A stretch of DNA of 64,000 nt from Myxococcota bacterium (GTDB lineage Bacteria; Myxococcota; UBA4151), in assembly GCA_036338695.1 (NCBI GenBank), contig JAYZBQ010000076.1:32001-96000 (forward strand), written 5' to 3'. Positions within the stretch are counted from its first letter, which is position 1, and each line of letters opens with the position of its first letter. Position numbers and translations under genes: made by a program. Shown piece after piece: positions 48,483 to 57,099 of the stretch. The notes under the pieces were generated by a model. The model had not been told where the DNA came from, did not search any database, and saw only the letters and a program-made list of their open reading frames with translations.

Positions 48483-49826
48483 ATGGCTGGATTTAGTGTA
48501 GGTGGATTGGCGACGGGGCTTGATACCAAGACCATGATCGCCCAACTCCTTCAGGTCGAGCGCTCGGCGCAGATCGGCCCTAAGCGTCGTAAGGCTGAGG
48601 CAGATCAGCGCGGCGCCGCCATCAACGACCTGATCAACCTGATGAAAGAGGTCCGAACAGCCGCTGAGGGCGTCGACACCAACACCGAGGCTGCCGCCGT
48701 CACCGCCACCAGCGGCGACACCGACAAGTTTACGGTAACGGGCGATGGCAACGCGCTCCCCGGCAGCTATCAGCTCGCCATCGGTCAGCTCGCCCAGGGG
48801 CAGAAGAATCGGGTGACCCTCGGCACGAGCCTAACCGATTCTATCAACACCGGGACCTACACGATCCAAGTCGAGGGTGAGGACGCAGTCGATGTCGAGA
48901 TCGACGGCACCAACGACACTTTGTCGGGGTTCATCACGGCGATCAACTCAGCCGAGGCAGGGGTGACAGCCTCCACCATCTTTGACGGCAACAACTACAC
49001 CTTGGTGATCACCGCTGATGACACCGGCAAGGCCGTCAACTACACCTCGAGTGGGGGCGCCAAGTGGAGCAACATCGACGGCAGCAAGGCGGACTTCTCA
49101 GTCTACCAAGAAGCCCAAGATGCCATGTTTACGATCGATGGGATCGGGATCCAGAGCGACACCAACGAGGTGACCGACGCCATCACCGGGATCACGATCA
49201 ACTTGCTGGAGACCACCGCCTTTGACGAGATGGGGATGCCCACCGAAGAGATCAGCCTTGAGGTCAAAGCGGACAGTGAGAAGACCACAGAGAACGTCGA
49301 GGCGCTGACGGCGGCCATCGGCAAGGTCATGGCGAACCTTAAGTCGAACATGGCGTCCAGCGAGGACCGAGCCGGGATTCTCGCCTTTGACTCCACCGCC
49401 CGCATGCTGCGCGGCTCGATCTCCGATGCTTTGATCAATCGGCAAAGCGGCAACGACGGAACGTACAGCTCGCTGACGATGATCGGTATCGGGCAGGATC
49501 GCTATGGCAACATCTCCTTTGATAAGGATGAGTTCGCCGAGGCGCTCGCTAAGGATAAAGATGGCGTGCTGGGTCTGATTACGGGCGAGGACGGCCTCGC
49601 CGACCGGTTCAAAGAGATGGTTGACGACTACACCTTCTCGGACGGTTTCCTGACGATCCGCAAAACCATGTACTCGGATCGCTCGAGCGATATCTCAAAG
49701 TCGATCGAGCGTATGGAGGAGCGCGTCATCGCTTACGGCGACCGGCTCAAGCGCCAGTTCGCTAAGCTCGAGCAGATGGTCTCAGGGCTCAATCAACAGA
49801 GCTCCGCATTGAGCGGTCTGCGCTAG
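48483..49826 (+). CDS. fliD: Filament cap protein FliD
   Basis: Motifs GLATGLDT..I..L, AQDA...IDG, QF..LE. Confidence 0.93.
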   Translation: MAGFSVGGLATGLDTKTMIAQLLQVERSAQIGPKRRKAEADQRGAAINDLINLMKEVRTAAEGVDTNTEAAAVTATSGDTDKFTVTGDGNALPGSYQLAIGQLAQGQKNRVTLGTSLTDSINTGTYTIQVEGEDAVDVEIDGTNDTLSGFITAINSAEAGVTASTIFDGNNYTLVITADDTGKAVNYTSSGGAKWSNIDGSKADFSVYQEAQDAMFTIDGIGIQSDTNEVTDAITGITINLLETTAFDEMGMPTEEISLEVKADSEKTTENVEALTAAIGKVMANLKSNMASSEDRAGILAFDSTARMLRGSISDALINRQSGNDGTYSSLTMIGIGQDRYGNISFDKDEFAEALAKDKDGVLGLITGEDGLADRFKEMVDDYTFSDGFLTIRKTMYSDRSSDISKSIERMEERVIAYGDRLKRQFAKLEQMVSGLNQQSSALSGLR

Positions 49827-49837
49827 GAAGGCACACC

Positions 49838-50242
49838 ATGATCCCCGCCAAACGGAACCCGTACGCCAGCGCTCAGGTCAACTCGGCAAGCCCGGAGCAG
49901 ATCCTGGTGCTGCTGTATGACGCCGCTTTACGTGACCTCAAAGAGGCGATGGCGGCGCTGCAGGTGAACGATCGGTCGCGCAAGGCGAAGGCTTTGGATC
50001 ATGCGGTCAAGGTGGTCACCGAGCTCGCGAACAGCCTGCGACCGGACAAGTCACCTGAGATCGCTGAGAACCTCTCGAGTTTGTATGATTTTATGATCGA
50101 TCGGATGATTCGATCGAACGCTCAGAACCAAGACCTTGATCTGCAGGTCGTCTACAACTTGCTCGGCGAGCTGCGCTCAGCCTGGGTGGAGGCGATCCGG
50201 ATCAACCGAACACAGCGAAACCAAGGGGTGGCAGGAGCCTAA
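49838..50242 (+). CDS. fliS: Flagellin chaperone FliS
   Basis: Motifs ASPEQ.L.LLYD, IA.NL..LY.F, L..AW. Confidence 0.93.
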   Translation: MIPAKRNPYASAQVNSASPEQILVLLYDAALRDLKEAMAALQVNDRSRKAKALDHAVKVVTELANSLRPDKSPEIAENLSSLYDFMIDRMIRSNAQNQDLDLQVVYNLLGELRSAWVEAIRINRTQRNQGVAGA

Positions 50243-50440
50243 CCCCAAGCACCCTACACGCTGAGCAAGGATGCGAGGCGTTGACCCATCAAGGAGGATA
50301 TCGGTCATGTTGAACAGCACATAGGGGGCACCCCCCAGCGAGCCGAACCCAGCAAGGCTCACGACATAATCAGCTGGAAAAATAAATACTTTGAAACACC
50401 TGGGACGGCTCGAGCGAGCTCGAACAGGGACCCTTTACCC

Positions 50441-50460
50441 GGAGCTCAGGGACGAGCTCC
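50441..50460 (+). promoter_or_regulatory. CsrA-binding hairpin in the flagellin 2 leader
   Basis: GGAGCTC-AGGGAC-GAGCTCC. Confidence 0.7.
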
Positions 50461-50519
50461 TTCCACTCGGCGGCGCTTCTTTCCAGAGCTCGCCGGCCAT
50501 GCCAATCAAGGAGGATACC

Positions 50520-51347
50520 ATGGCCATCACTGTACGCAGTAACCCGCAATCCATTTTCTCGCAGACTCGCTTGACGCGCACCAGCCGCGCTCTTGAGAAG
50601 ACGTTCAACCGTCTCTCGAGCGGCAGCCGCATCAACACGGCGGCCGATGACGCCGCAGGCTTAGCGATCTCGACTCGGCTCGAGCACCGCATCAAGGGGC
50701 AAGCCGCCGCCAAGCAAAACGCGCAAGAGGGGATCAGCTTTATCCAGACGCTCGAGGGCGGCGTGGAGCAGATCCTCGATATGTTGCATCGTCTGCGTGA
50801 GCTGGGTGTGCGCGCCGCTAACGAGACCCTGACCGACACTGATCGCGACGCCTTAGACCTTGAGTTTCAGCAGCTGCTGACCGAGGTGGACCGCGTCGGG
50901 TTGTCTACCTCGTTCAATGGTGGTCCGAACCTGCAAGGCTCTCTTGAGATGACCTTCCAGGTCGGCTTCTCAAACACCACCAACGACCGAGTCTCGCTGA
51001 CTCAAACCTCTGGGCTTTCGCTCGCGGCGCTTCAGCTCAGCGGGCACGACGTGCAGTCGATCAGCAACGCTGCCAGCGCCATCGGTGACCTGAGCTTGGC
51101 GCTGAGCCACCTCAACGCGTACCGTTCGCGTCTGGGCGCCACGCAAAACCGCCTCGAGCGTTCCATCTCGAACCTTGAAGCCGATATCGAAAACGCAACG
51201 GCGGCCAACAGCCGCATCCGTGACGTCGACTTCGCAGAGGAGACCAGCCAGCTGACCAGGCTCCAGATCTTGAGCCAGAGCGGAACCGCTGTGTTGACGC
51301 AGGCTAACGCCATGCCGCAGGCGGCGCTCGCCTTGCTCGGCGGCTGA
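50520..51347 (+). CDS. fliC: Flagellin 2 (275 aa)
   Basis: SD AAGGAGG; motifs LSSGSRINTAADDAAG, LGATQNRL, SRIRDVDFA. Confidence 0.96.
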   Translation: MAITVRSNPQSIFSQTRLTRTSRALEKTFNRLSSGSRINTAADDAAGLAISTRLEHRIKGQAAAKQNAQEGISFIQTLEGGVEQILDMLHRLRELGVRAANETLTDTDRDALDLEFQQLLTEVDRVGLSTSFNGGPNLQGSLEMTFQVGFSNTTNDRVSLTQTSGLSLAALQLSGHDVQSISNAASAIGDLSLALSHLNAYRSRLGATQNRLERSISNLEADIENATAANSRIRDVDFAEETSQLTRLQILSQSGTAVLTQANAMPQAALALLGG

Positions 51348-51742
51348 TCGGACGGCTGACTATGAACAAGATCACGATCGCCAATAGAGGCTCACCCGGG
51401 CGCGCGCCGCCCCCTCGACGCCGAGGTCGCAAGCGGAGCACCATCCGGTGGCTCTGGTCTCGGCGGCGAGGTCACCCGGTCATCCTGACCTGGGCTCGCT
51501 GCAAGACAAGGGCAGGACCCTTTAGCGGGCACATCAGGGCGCCGAACATGAGCGTTCGTAACGACATCCCCAGGGAGCTTGCCGATTCGGCGCACGCTCC
51601 GATCATCAGGAATCGTCATGGACCGTCTGAATCTCGGGCAGGGCCGACTCCCGGTCGCGCACCGCCCAAATCGACGGGCCCTCCTTAGCCGGAGGAGCTC
51701 CCGTCTGGGAGTCATCAGGAAGGACAACAATTCAAATCAATC

Positions 51743-51758
51743 GGGACAAGGACGTCCC
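51743..51758 (+). promoter_or_regulatory. CsrA-binding hairpin in the flagellin 3 leader
   Basis: GGGAC-AAGGAC-GTCCC. Confidence 0.7.
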
Positions 51759-51811
51759 ATTCGCCGGCTGGCGACCCAGGTCACCAGCCACTAGCCATCA
51801 AGGAGGATATC

Positions 51812-52645
51812 ATGGCTATTGTAGTAAGAAGTAATCCGCAGTCGGTCTTTGCACAGGTCCGTCTGAATCGTAGCTCGAACGCCTTACAAGACACCTTTCA
51901 GAAGTTGTCGACGGGCTCTCGGATCAACAACGCTGGTGACGACGCCGCTGGGCTCGCTATCTCGACGCTGCTCGAGCACCGGATCCGCGGTCAAGGCGCG
52001 GCGAAGCAGAACGCGCTCGAAGGCATCAGCATGATCCAGACCGCCGAAGGGGGCGTGGAGCAGGTTCGCTCGATGCTCGACCGGATGCGAGAGCTGGCGG
52101 TTCGCTCAGGCAACGAGACGCTCAGCGCCTCGGATCGTTCGAACGCGGACTTGGAGTTTCAGCAGCTCAAGCAAGAGATCACGCGTATCGGCAACACGAC
52201 CTCGTACAACGGCGTCAACCTGCTTAATGCGTCACAGACGCTGACGTTCCAGGTCGGCTTTGCCAACACCACGAACAATCAGATCGCGGTGAGCTTGACC
52301 GGTAACATGATCGCATCAGGCGCTGACAGCTTCCTGTCGCTGAGCGGTGACGTCGGTAGCGCGGCTGCTGCAGCGTCGATGTTGGCTAAGATCGACAGCG
52401 CGCTGAGTCGGCTCAATGGTTATCGATCGAAGCTCGGCTCGGTGCAGAACCGGCTCGAGCGAGCGATCTCGAACCTCGAGGCCGACATCGAGAACGCAAC
52501 GGCGTCGAATAGCCGGATTCGGGACGTGGACTTTGCAGAGGAGACATCGAAGATGACGCGTCTGCAGATCCTTGTCCAAAGTGGCACGGCCGTGCTGACG
52601 CAGGCCAACGCCAGCCCACAAGCGGCGCTCTCCCTGCTCGGGTAG
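51812..52645 (+). CDS. fliC: Flagellin 3 (277 aa)
   Basis: Conserved flagellin N- and C-terminal motifs. Confidence 0.96.
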   Translation: MAIVVRSNPQSVFAQVRLNRSSNALQDTFQKLSTGSRINNAGDDAAGLAISTLLEHRIRGQGAAKQNALEGISMIQTAEGGVEQVRSMLDRMRELAVRSGNETLSASDRSNADLEFQQLKQEITRIGNTTSYNGVNLLNASQTLTFQVGFANTTNNQIAVSLTGNMIASGADSFLSLSGDVGSAAAAASMLAKIDSALSRLNGYRSKLGSVQNRLERAISNLEADIENATASNSRIRDVDFAEETSKMTRLQILVQSGTAVLTQANASPQAALSLLG

Positions 52646-52666
52646 CGCAGCACGCGGGATCAGCCA

Positions 52667-52709
52667 GGAGGGTGCTCGGGGGTTACCTCGAGCACCCTTT
52701 TGGTTTTTT
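52667..52709 (+). terminator. Rho-independent terminator after flagellin 3
   Basis: Stem AGGGTGCTCG...CGAGCACCCT followed by a T-tract. Confidence 0.85.
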
Positions 52710-52778
52710 AAATTTACAGCAAATCAAATGGCTTAGCGTTGCATCGGCTCAAAATGGCCGTGTTTTTAGGGCGTTGCC

Positions 52779-52807
52779 TTGACTTTGTTCATTCATGCCC
52801 CCACACT
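52779..52807 (+). promoter_or_regulatory. Putative sigma70-type promoter of flagellin 4
   Basis: TTGACT-N17-CACACT, with the same -10 hexamer as before rpoN. Confidence 0.45.
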
Positions 52808-52956
52808 CTCAATGAAGGTCCACCTGTCCCCGGGCGACTTAGGAGGTAGTTTTAACATCATGGTTCCGCGCTGGCGAGCGCCGAATCAAGCCGGGCACAC
52901 GCACCCGTTGAGCTTCAGCCCTTGGACCCTTGAAGCACAGCAAAACCATACAGAAC

Positions 52957-52977
52957 GCTCTCAAAGGATATGAGAGC
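52957..52977 (+). promoter_or_regulatory. CsrA-binding hairpin in the flagellin 4 leader
   Basis: GCTCTCA-AAGGATA-TGAGAGC. Confidence 0.7.
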
Positions 52978-52998
52978 TAAGCCATCCAAGGAGGAATC

Positions 52999-53832
52999 AT
53001 GGCACTTGTAGTACGTAGTAACGTTCAGTCTGTCTTCGCTCAAAACCGCCTCAACAGAAGCCAGGCGACCTTCGAAGACTCCCTCGCAAAACTTGCCTCG
53101 GGTAGCCGCATCAATAAAGCGGCTGATGATGCTGCTGGTATGGCGGTCTCGACCACTCTTGAGCACCGCATCAAAGCGCAGTCGGCTGCAAAGCAGAACG
53201 CTCAGGAAGCGATCAGTATGATCCAGACCGCAGAAGGCGGCGTGGAGCAGGTGCGCGGTATGATCGACCGTATGCGTGAACTCGCCGTGCGTGCGAGCAA
53301 CGAAACGCTCAGCGCATCGGATCGCACGAATGCGAACCTCGAGTTCACTCAGCTTCAAGCGGAGATCAACCGCATCGGCAACACGACGTCGTACAACGGC
53401 ACGGACTTGCTGGCAGCGACCGCAGAGCTGACCTTCCAGGTCGGCATGGAAAACAGCGCCAACCAGCGGATCATGGTGACCATGACCGGTAACATGCTGG
53501 CGACTGGCACTTCGGCTGCGCTGGCGCTGACCGGCGGCGTCGACACGACGGCGGGTGCGACGTCGATGCTTGCCAAGATCGACGCGGCGCTGAGCACCCT
53601 GAATGGGTACCGCTCGAAGCTCGGTTCGGTCCAAAACCGCCTGGAGCGATCGATCTCGAACATCGAGGCAGACATCGAGAACGCCACCGCAGCGAACAGC
53701 CGGATCCGTGACGTCGATTTTGCGTCCGAAACGGCGAACTTCACTCGGTCTCAGATCCTTATTCAGTCGGGTACGGCGATTTTGGCTCAGGCGAACAGCT
53801 CGCCGCAGGCTGCGCTGTCCCTGCTGGGTTAG
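52999..53832 (+). CDS. fliC: Flagellin 4 (277 aa)
   Basis: Motifs SGSRINKAADDAAG and SRIRDVDFA; followed by flaG. Confidence 0.96.
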   Translation: MALVVRSNVQSVFAQNRLNRSQATFEDSLAKLASGSRINKAADDAAGMAVSTTLEHRIKAQSAAKQNAQEAISMIQTAEGGVEQVRGMIDRMRELAVRASNETLSASDRTNANLEFTQLQAEINRIGNTTSYNGTDLLAATAELTFQVGMENSANQRIMVTMTGNMLATGTSAALALTGGVDTTAGATSMLAKIDAALSTLNGYRSKLGSVQNRLERSISNIEADIENATAANSRIRDVDFASETANFTRSQILIQSGTAILAQANSSPQAALSLLG

Positions 53833-53863
53833 TGGTCGACGCGTAGCGATTAGGAGGTAAACA

Positions 53864-54241
53864 ATGGCTGATCCTGCAAGCCTCCAAGCTACACTGATGC
53901 CGAGTCGTGCTCCGCGCCTTGGGCAGCCTGGTGCTGCCGAGGCCAAGAGCGCACGGGTAGCGGCGCCGCAGCCGGTTGCACTTGAGGCAGCCAGCAGCGG
54001 GGCGCTAGGACCAGTGCAGTTGGAGCGTCTGAAGGTCGAAGTGGCTGAGGTGCAAGCCCAGCTGGACCGTCACGGGGTAGACATCGAGATGGAACCCCAA
54101 GATGGTCTGGATCCTGCGATCATCCGCTTGGTTGATCGTGAGACGGGCGAGACCGTCCGGCAGATCCCTCCCAAGGAGTGGCTCGAGATGAGGCGCAACT
54201 TGATGGAAGGAAAAGGTCTGGTGGTCTCCACCATCGCCTAA
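53864..54241 (+). CDS. flaG: FlaG-family protein
   Basis: I.LVDRETGETVRQIPP.E.L...G. Confidence 0.88.
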   Translation: MADPASLQATLMPSRAPRLGQPGAAEAKSARVAAPQPVALEAASSGALGPVQLERLKVEVAEVQAQLDRHGVDIEMEPQDGLDPAIIRLVDRETGETVRQIPPKEWLEMRRNLMEGKGLVVSTIA

Positions 54242-54259
54242 CCGACCAGGGCGAAAATG

Positions 54260-54297
54260 GGCTCAGGGGTGCCTTCGGCGCCCCTGGGTCTTTTTTT
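54260..54297 (+). terminator. Rho-independent terminator after flaG
   Basis: Stem CAGGGGTGCC-ttc-GGCGCCCCTG followed by a T7 tract. Confidence 0.85.
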
Positions 54298-54320
54298 GTG
54301 GGTGTGCCACAGAACACATC

Positions 54321-54650
54321 ATGAGCGAGACCATCCCCAAATCGCAGTATCTTCAGCGCTTACTCGAGCTCAGCGACGCCATGATCGCTGCGCTAGAAGC
54401 TGGCGACGTCGACATGGCAGGCGCGGTGTACGATGAACGTGTTCGCTTCATCGAGACGATGCGCGCCGATGATGAACCGGTTGAGCCCGATGTGATCGAG
54501 CGCGTGCTCGCTCGAGACCAGGCGGTGATCGCTGCAGCGCTCAAGCGGCGGCACGATATGGTGGGCTCGGCCGCTCAACTCAACGCGGTCAGTCGGTACT
54601 CAAGCCAGCTGCCGGGGTCCGCTGACGGAGGCGATTGGGGCAGCGGCTAA
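54321..54650 (+). CDS. FliT-like helical protein
   Basis: LL.LS..M..A...GD.......ER pattern; flagellar context. Confidence 0.55.
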   Translation: MSETIPKSQYLQRLLELSDAMIAALEAGDVDMAGAVYDERVRFIETMRADDEPVEPDVIERVLARDQAVIAAALKRRHDMVGSAAQLNAVSRYSSQLPGSADGGDWGSG

Positions 54651-54666
54651 AGGCCGCCCTACGGGC

Positions 54667-57099
54667 GTGTCGATAGATGAAGTGGAGGTCCCCATGGAAG
54701 TCTACTTCGACCAGCAACTGATCGGCGAGACGGCGAGCGGCTCGTCGCTCACCTCCCTCATCGGGGGCGACCGGCTTGAGCTGACGGTTTGCACGCGCGT
54801 CGACGGCGTTGATGATACCCTCGACGCGGTTTTGGCGCAGAGCAACTTGACCGGGAAGCGCCTCGATCTCTTCAGCTTTGATGGTTGGCTTGCCGAGTCG
54901 GCATCGCTGGTGACGGAGTTGATTGAGCGGATTGGTCAGAGCAGTACGGTCATCGCCGGTATGACCAGCCAGCGTGATCCGGTGGAATTGCTCGATGAGC
55001 TGATGCTCAAGCCGAAAGAGATCCTCAGCGAACTCGAAGGGGTCGCCGAACATCTTGGTCCAGAGCTGTCCGCAGCGATCGATGAGTTAAAACTCCTGAG
55101 CGTCGCTGCTGAGTCGGTTCTAGTAGCCGCTGTTCGCGACAAGGATTTCATCCGGGTCGCCGACGCGTTACGACTTGAGTGGAGCATCTTTTTGCGTGGG
55201 CTCGTCAGCTTTCTTGAGCCCGAGGTTGCCTTCGAGATACCTGCTGCTGAGCCCAGCTCTGGACTCTCACCCGAGGCACTGTATGCGCTTAATCTTGAGG
55301 CGCTTGAGGAGCGCTTTCCTCTTTTGTGCTCACCCTTGAAGGCGGCTTGGGAAGAGCGTGACGAAGAGCGTTATCGTTTTGAGGAGGGACCATCAGGGTT
55401 GCGCGCGCCGCGCATCAACAATCAGCGGATGTGGTCGGTGATGACCCCCTTGGCTGATGCTGAGCACATCGCCGCAGAGCATCGAGGCGATGCGAAGTAT
55501 GCGGTATGGGATTGTGCGGTCTCATGGGGGCTCTCGGGCGAGTTAGCGCATCAGATTTTAGCGGGTGAGATGGAGGGACGACCACAGATTTTTGTTCGAC
55601 CTGACCTTCAAGCTTTTGCCGCTGAGCTGCACTGCTGTGACTGGCGACCCCTACTCGAGGCGGATCACACGATTCTGTGCACGACGGTGAGCGACTACCG
55701 CTGGACGCTCCGGAACTGCTTTGTACACAATGACCGGATTCGTCGTTTGAGCAGTCCGAATCTTCTCGCGGTCGACCCTGAGCTGTACGTAGAGCTCCAC
55801 GAACAGAGCGGACATACGGAACTCTCCTTGATCATGGAGGATTTTACCGGGATCAGTCGCGGGCGCGGTTGGGTCATCAATGAGCTTCAGAACGTCGCTG
55901 TGCTGCTTGACCAGCCCGACGCTCGCGAGCTTAAAGATATGCGTAAAGGCATGCCGGGTCTGCTGGTCGCTCCGGGACCCAGCCTGAAGAAGAATCTGCA
56001 TTTGATCCCTGAGTTCGCTAAAAAAGGCGTGGTGGTCGGGGTCAGCCATGTTTTGGGTAAGTTGCAAGATATGGGCGTGGATCCCGAGCTGACGGTCGCT
56101 ATTGAAGGGTATGACATCTCGAATCACTTTGAAAACAGCGACCCGACGCGTACCTCCCTGTTCTTGCACGAGTCTACAAACCCCAACGTCGTCAATCTGC
56201 CGGTCGCACAGCGCTGGGTGGTGCACGATGGCGGCATCGGCGCACGGCTGCGCCCGGACGAGAATCTTCGCTCCGTCAACATGGTCGCGTCGAGCTGTAC
56301 GCACGTGGTCATGTGGGCGCTCAAGGAGCTCGGCTGCGACCCCATCGTCTTTGTGGGCCTGGACCTCGCGCTTGAGGACGGGCGCCAATACGCCGACGGC
56401 TGTGAGGGCACGACACCCACACAGCAAACCCTCGAGGTCGACGGATACTTTGGCGAAAAGGTTCAGACCTTATCGCAGTACAACGTCTTTCGCGACCAGT
56501 TCGAGCTCTGTATCTCGCATCCGCTCTTCTCGGACCGGCGTTACATCAACGCCACCGAGGGCGGAGCGCGCATTGACGGAACCGATCAGATGTCGCTCGC
56601 TGAGGTTATCGAGTCGCTCGCAGAGCGCCCGGATAAAGAATTGCATGGACCCCTCGTCGCTGAAGAGCATCAGCTGCCGTCCATCGATTGGTCGCTCGCC
56701 GCGCAAACGATCGAGACCAGCGCATCGGACCTCGAAGAAGCCGAGGCGAGCGCACGTCGCGGATTGAAATCCGCTAAAGAGGCGATCACCTGCTTTAAAG
56801 CTGGCGATGAAGCGGGCGTCTCGCGCCGAGGGCGAGCCGCCTCCAAGCGAGCCAAGCGCGCCAACGAGGTGCTGACCCACGATCACATCCTCAACGGGCG
56901 CTGGATGGCTGAACAAAACAAGCGCTCTCAGCGCCTCGAGCGTGAGGTCCGCTACCTCGGCGACGACCCCAAGGCAGTGATGCGCCATAACCTCAACCAC
57001 TATCAGCAGCTCCTCGCCTCCATCGAAGAGGCGACGCGCAGCTTGCGACCGCATTATGAAGAGGCGGCGAAACGAATCCGGGAGCGGCACAATGTTTGA
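54667..57099 (+). CDS. maf: Motility-associated factor (Maf/DUF115) flagellin glycosyltransferase with an extra N-terminal domain
   Basis: Motifs VAPGPSL.KN, GCDPIVFVGLDLA, YINATEGGARI.G. Confidence 0.85.
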   Translation: MSIDEVEVPMEVYFDQQLIGETASGSSLTSLIGGDRLELTVCTRVDGVDDTLDAVLAQSNLTGKRLDLFSFDGWLAESASLVTELIERIGQSSTVIAGMTSQRDPVELLDELMLKPKEILSELEGVAEHLGPELSAAIDELKLLSVAAESVLVAAVRDKDFIRVADALRLEWSIFLRGLVSFLEPEVAFEIPAAEPSSGLSPEALYALNLEALEERFPLLCSPLKAAWEERDEERYRFEEGPSGLRAPRINNQRMWSVMTPLADAEHIAAEHRGDAKYAVWDCAVSWGLSGELAHQILAGEMEGRPQIFVRPDLQAFAAELHCCDWRPLLEADHTILCTTVSDYRWTLRNCFVHNDRIRRLSSPNLLAVDPELYVELHEQSGHTELSLIMEDFTGISRGRGWVINELQNVAVLLDQPDARELKDMRKGMPGLLVAPGPSLKKNLHLIPEFAKKGVVVGVSHVLGKLQDMGVDPELTVAIEGYDISNHFENSDPTRTSLFLHESTNPNVVNLPVAQRWVVHDGGIGARLRPDENLRSVNMVASSCTHVVMWALKELGCDPIVFVGLDLALEDGRQYADGCEGTTPTQQTLEVDGYFGEKVQTLSQYNVFRDQFELCISHPLFSDRRYINATEGGARIDGTDQMSLAEVIESLAERPDKELHGPLVAEEHQLPSIDWSLAAQTIETSASDLEEAEASARRGLKSAKEAITCFKAGDEAGVSRRGRAASKRAKRANEVLTHDHILNGRWMAEQNKRSQRLEREVRYLGDDPKAVMRHNLNHYQQLLASIEEATRSLRPHYEEAAKRIRERHNV

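Noticed and set aside
51362..51794. Short ORFs between flagellins 2 and 3 (108, 112 and 71 aa)
   Set aside because: Arg/Pro-rich, no clear SD and no recognisable motifs; more likely non-coding.
52729..52742. Sigma54-like TGGCTTAGCGTTGC before flagellin 4
   Set aside because: GG-to-GC spacing is 9 nt, whereas sigma54 requires 10.
51348..52998. c-di-GMP riboswitch in flagellin leaders
   Set aside because: No GEMM-type motif (GCAAA...GAAA...GACGCAAAGC) visible by eye; an Rfam scan would be needed to exclude it fully.
51812..53832. Recent gene conversion or phase variation between flagellins 3 and 4
   Set aside because: Synonymous differences are scattered throughout, and no recombinase or invertible repeats were seen.
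52915..53946. 343-aa minus-strand ORF and similar long antisense ORFs (33561-34664, 61389-62753)
   Set aside because: Shadow frames of well-supported plus-strand genes in GC-rich DNA.
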